Origin: Candidatus Marinacidobacterales bacterium
GTDB taxonomy: Bacteria > Acidobacteriota > Vicinamibacteria > Marinacidobacterales > DATDRI01
Assembly: GCA_965226495.1 (NCBI GenBank)
Contig: OZ245365.1
Span: forward strand, 2,432,001 to 2,496,000
DNA length: 64,000 nt
Reading direction: 5' to 3'
The translations under genes and the position numbers were made by a program. Shown in pieces: positions 62,020 to 64,000 of the stretch (position 1 is the stretch's first letter; each line of letters opens with the position of its first letter). Under the pieces are notes generated by a model. It searched no databases and was not told the origin of the DNA. It worked only from the letters and a program-made list of their open reading frames with translations.

Positions 62020-62160
62020 TCTTGATCTCGGCAACGATGGAGAAAGAGCGGTTCTTGATGTCGATCGCCCCTGTTCCGTCATGCGAGAGATGTCGGGCCC
62101 GTAAACGGCTTTGTTTCCGGTCGCGAGTTGTGGTCCTGGTCGGGCCGCTGCGGCGCCAAC
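62020..62160 (-). pseudogene. arylsulfatase internal remnant
   Basis: AVYGPDISRMTEQG / AIDIKNRSFSIVAEI resembles the segment just before the sulfatase C-terminal domain. Confidence 0.55.
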
Positions 62161-62192
62161 CGCCCGCCACTTAACCAAGCTTCGGTTCCACG

Positions 62193-62672
62193 CTACTCGA
62201 GCCGTTCGGCAACAAACCAGTTTCCCGTGACAAAGGTGAGCGTCAACTCGTCCCCGTCAAGCGCGTACGTTCCGGTCTCCGGCTCGCCTGTCGGGGGTTG
62301 CTGGATTGGGGAAACCTTGTCACCGGGGCGAATGGCGCTCGCGATCATCACCTTGTACGTCACTTTGTTCCCTGGCCCCATGGTGTATGTTCCCGCGTCG
62401 ACAGTGAGATCGGACAACTCACGTTCCTCGAGCTGGAAGCTCACGTTGATGGAAAAGTGCTTCTCGGTAAATATAAGAATACCCTTGGCCGCATAGTCTT
62501 TGCCTTGGAAATGGTAGGTGACCATGTTCCAGACGCCGCGGAGGTCGTTCCCCGATCCCTGCGCTCCGCCCTCGAGCATTCCGAAACATGGCAGGGCAAA
62601 ACTGGCCCACAGGATGGTGACCAGCGTCGCCTTGACAAGTCGCCTCATTGTGCGTTCCCTGTCGTGATCCAT
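62193..62672 (-). CDS. exported lipocalin-like domain protein
   Basis: GGAGGGG RBS; signal peptide; LRGVW; GTYALDGDELTL. Confidence 0.65.
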   Translation of the reverse strand: MDHDRERTMRRLVKATLVTILWASFALPCFGMLEGGAQGSGNDLRGVWNMVTYHFQGKDYAAKGILIFTEKHFSINVSFQLEERELSDLTVDAGTYTMGPGNKVTYKVMIASAIRPGDKVSPIQQPPTGEPETGTYALDGDELTLTFVTGNWFVAERLE

Positions 62673-62737
62673 GTCCCCTCCTTTCGATGAAGCTAGATAA
62701 CACCCTCCGTGACCAAGAGTCAAAATCGTCTCGTGCT

Positions 62738-62998
62738 CAAAACAGCTGGCACTTCATAGATGAGCTGGTAGAGGGGGGCAAACAATTCGACATGATGTTC
62801 TACCCCATGCGCAAGCACGGCATATCCGACCGTCCGGCGCGCTCGCCCAAGGATGCCCAGTACTTCCTCAAGTGGATCGATCGGGTGCTGGAGCTTCTCG
62901 AGGCCTCGGACGCGTTCGATACCCCGGCGCAGAAACGAGAGGTTCTTGGCGTTTGGCGAGAAGCCCGCAGTGTTTACGCAGGGCTCGCCGCCGAGTGA
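62738..62998 (+). pseudogene. chimeric remnant: S9 (DPP IV) peptidase C-terminus joined to a metallohydrolase-like C-terminus
   Basis: QNS..IDELVEGGKQFDMMFYP..KHGI, then SPKDAQYFLKWID..ARSVY. Confidence 0.5.
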
Positions 62999-63060
62999 AC
63001 ACAGCCACTCTACCCGTCCCGCAAAGCACCGACTCTGATGGCGCGGAGGATGTTTGAGGC

Positions 63061-63106
63061 CGTTACCTTTAGTTACTCGGTCCAGAACGAGTAACCAAAG
63101 GTAGCG
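63061..63106. terminator. 19-bp-arm hairpin between convergent genes
   Basis: cgttacctttagttactcg / cgagtaaccaaaggtagcg with 2 mismatches and an 8-nt loop; no clear U tract. Confidence 0.45.
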
Positions 63107-63129
63107 ACCTACACGCGGGGTGACGTCCG

Positions 63130-64000
63130 TCAGGGACTGAGCTCGCTAGCCTTTCGTCTGTATGCCACCCGCCCACCGACCATCGCCATCTCGACTTCCA
63201 GAGATCGGATGTCCGCCTCCCGGCAAGTCATGATGTCATCCGATAGGACCACCAGGTCGGCAAGCTTGCCGGGCTCGATAGAGCCGTTGATGTCCTCTTC
63301 GAAGTTGAGGAATGCGTTGTTGAGAGTCATGACGCGCAGAGCCTCTTCTCGGGTTATCTCCTGTTCGGCACCGAACACTCCTCCGCTGATCGTATCTCGC
63401 GTGACGAAGTGATAGATGACGGTCATAGGCGGGTAAGGGATCACGGGAGAATCCGTCCCTCCGGCCACGTGAACACCTTGGTCCAGGTAGAACCGCATGG
63501 GAGTCGTCCAGTCGGCGCGCTTTCGTCCCCAATACTTCTCAAGGCTGGGACCGGCGACGTAGAGATGGTGCTGCGCGGAGACGAAAAGGCCGAGTTTCTT
63601 GATACGTGAGATCTGATCCTCTGCTGGGAGGAAGGCGTGCTCGATACCCCATCGGCGACCGACAATGGACGTCTCCGAATGGGCGGCCTCGTACCCGTCC
63701 AGGACTAGGTCGATGGCGGCGTCCCCGACGGCGTGCGTGGCGACGCGCCAGCCGAGCTCGTTCAACGTCTTGACGATGGACGATGGCGTGGTAGTTTTCC
63801 GTGGGCATCGTCTGAACGCCACGGAACGTCCCGCCCTTGCCCCACGGCTCGGCGTAGGGCTCCCGCAACAAAGCCCCTTCGAAACCACCATCCACGAGAA
63901 GCTTGACTCCGACGATGCGAAGCTCGTGATCCCCCTCGTCGGGTTGGACGCCCCAACCGGTAACGATGTCTTCCACCTCCTCGGGGTTGGTGTCCGGTGG
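63130..64000 (-). pseudogene. amidohydrolase-3 (YtcJ-like), partial at the window edge, frameshifted by a 7-bp duplication
   Basis: VKLLVDGG, THAVGDAA, IEHA, GTDSP and GSIEPGKLAD motifs; gacgatg twice at 63772-63785. Confidence 0.85.

Overview
GC-rich bacterial window. The gene repertoire (PEGA protein, Ser/Thr kinase with TolB-like propeller, M20/M19 peptidases, sulfatases) suggests an Acidobacteriota/Vicinamibacteria-like organism; this is inference only. From start to end: (1) Zn-ribbon/V4R/M20 operon and exported proteins; (2) a TPR-bearing histidine kinase with degenerate ATP-binding boxes, downstream of a truncated outer-membrane barrel; (3) a trehalose cluster otsB-GH15-otsA plus a second GH15, between two transposase relics; (4) an IS91/ISCR-like relic with an AT-richer arylsulfatase next to it; (5) a tightly coupled 16-kb minus-strand operon with three cobalamin-dependent radical SAM enzymes, a SPASM radical SAM enzyme, methyltransferases, GT4/GT9 glycosyltransferases, two flippases, an O-antigen-ligase-like protein and a GT4-nucleotidyltransferase-methyltransferase fusion; (6) a toxin-antitoxin/IS-rich defence island (two MazEF-type pairs, ParDE, AbiE, two IS3-family elements) that ends in an intact operon: 64-aa protein, Rad50/RloC-like ATPase, GmrSD, HNH-like protein; (7) a mosaic of kinase, hydrolase and oxidoreductase genes, many broken by short tandem duplications or reduced to fragments. 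No rRNA, tRNA or CRISPR array was seen. The best candidates for undescribed systems are the radical-SAM glycan-modification operon and the ATPase-GmrSD defence operon. All family calls come from motif recognition by eye, not database searches.
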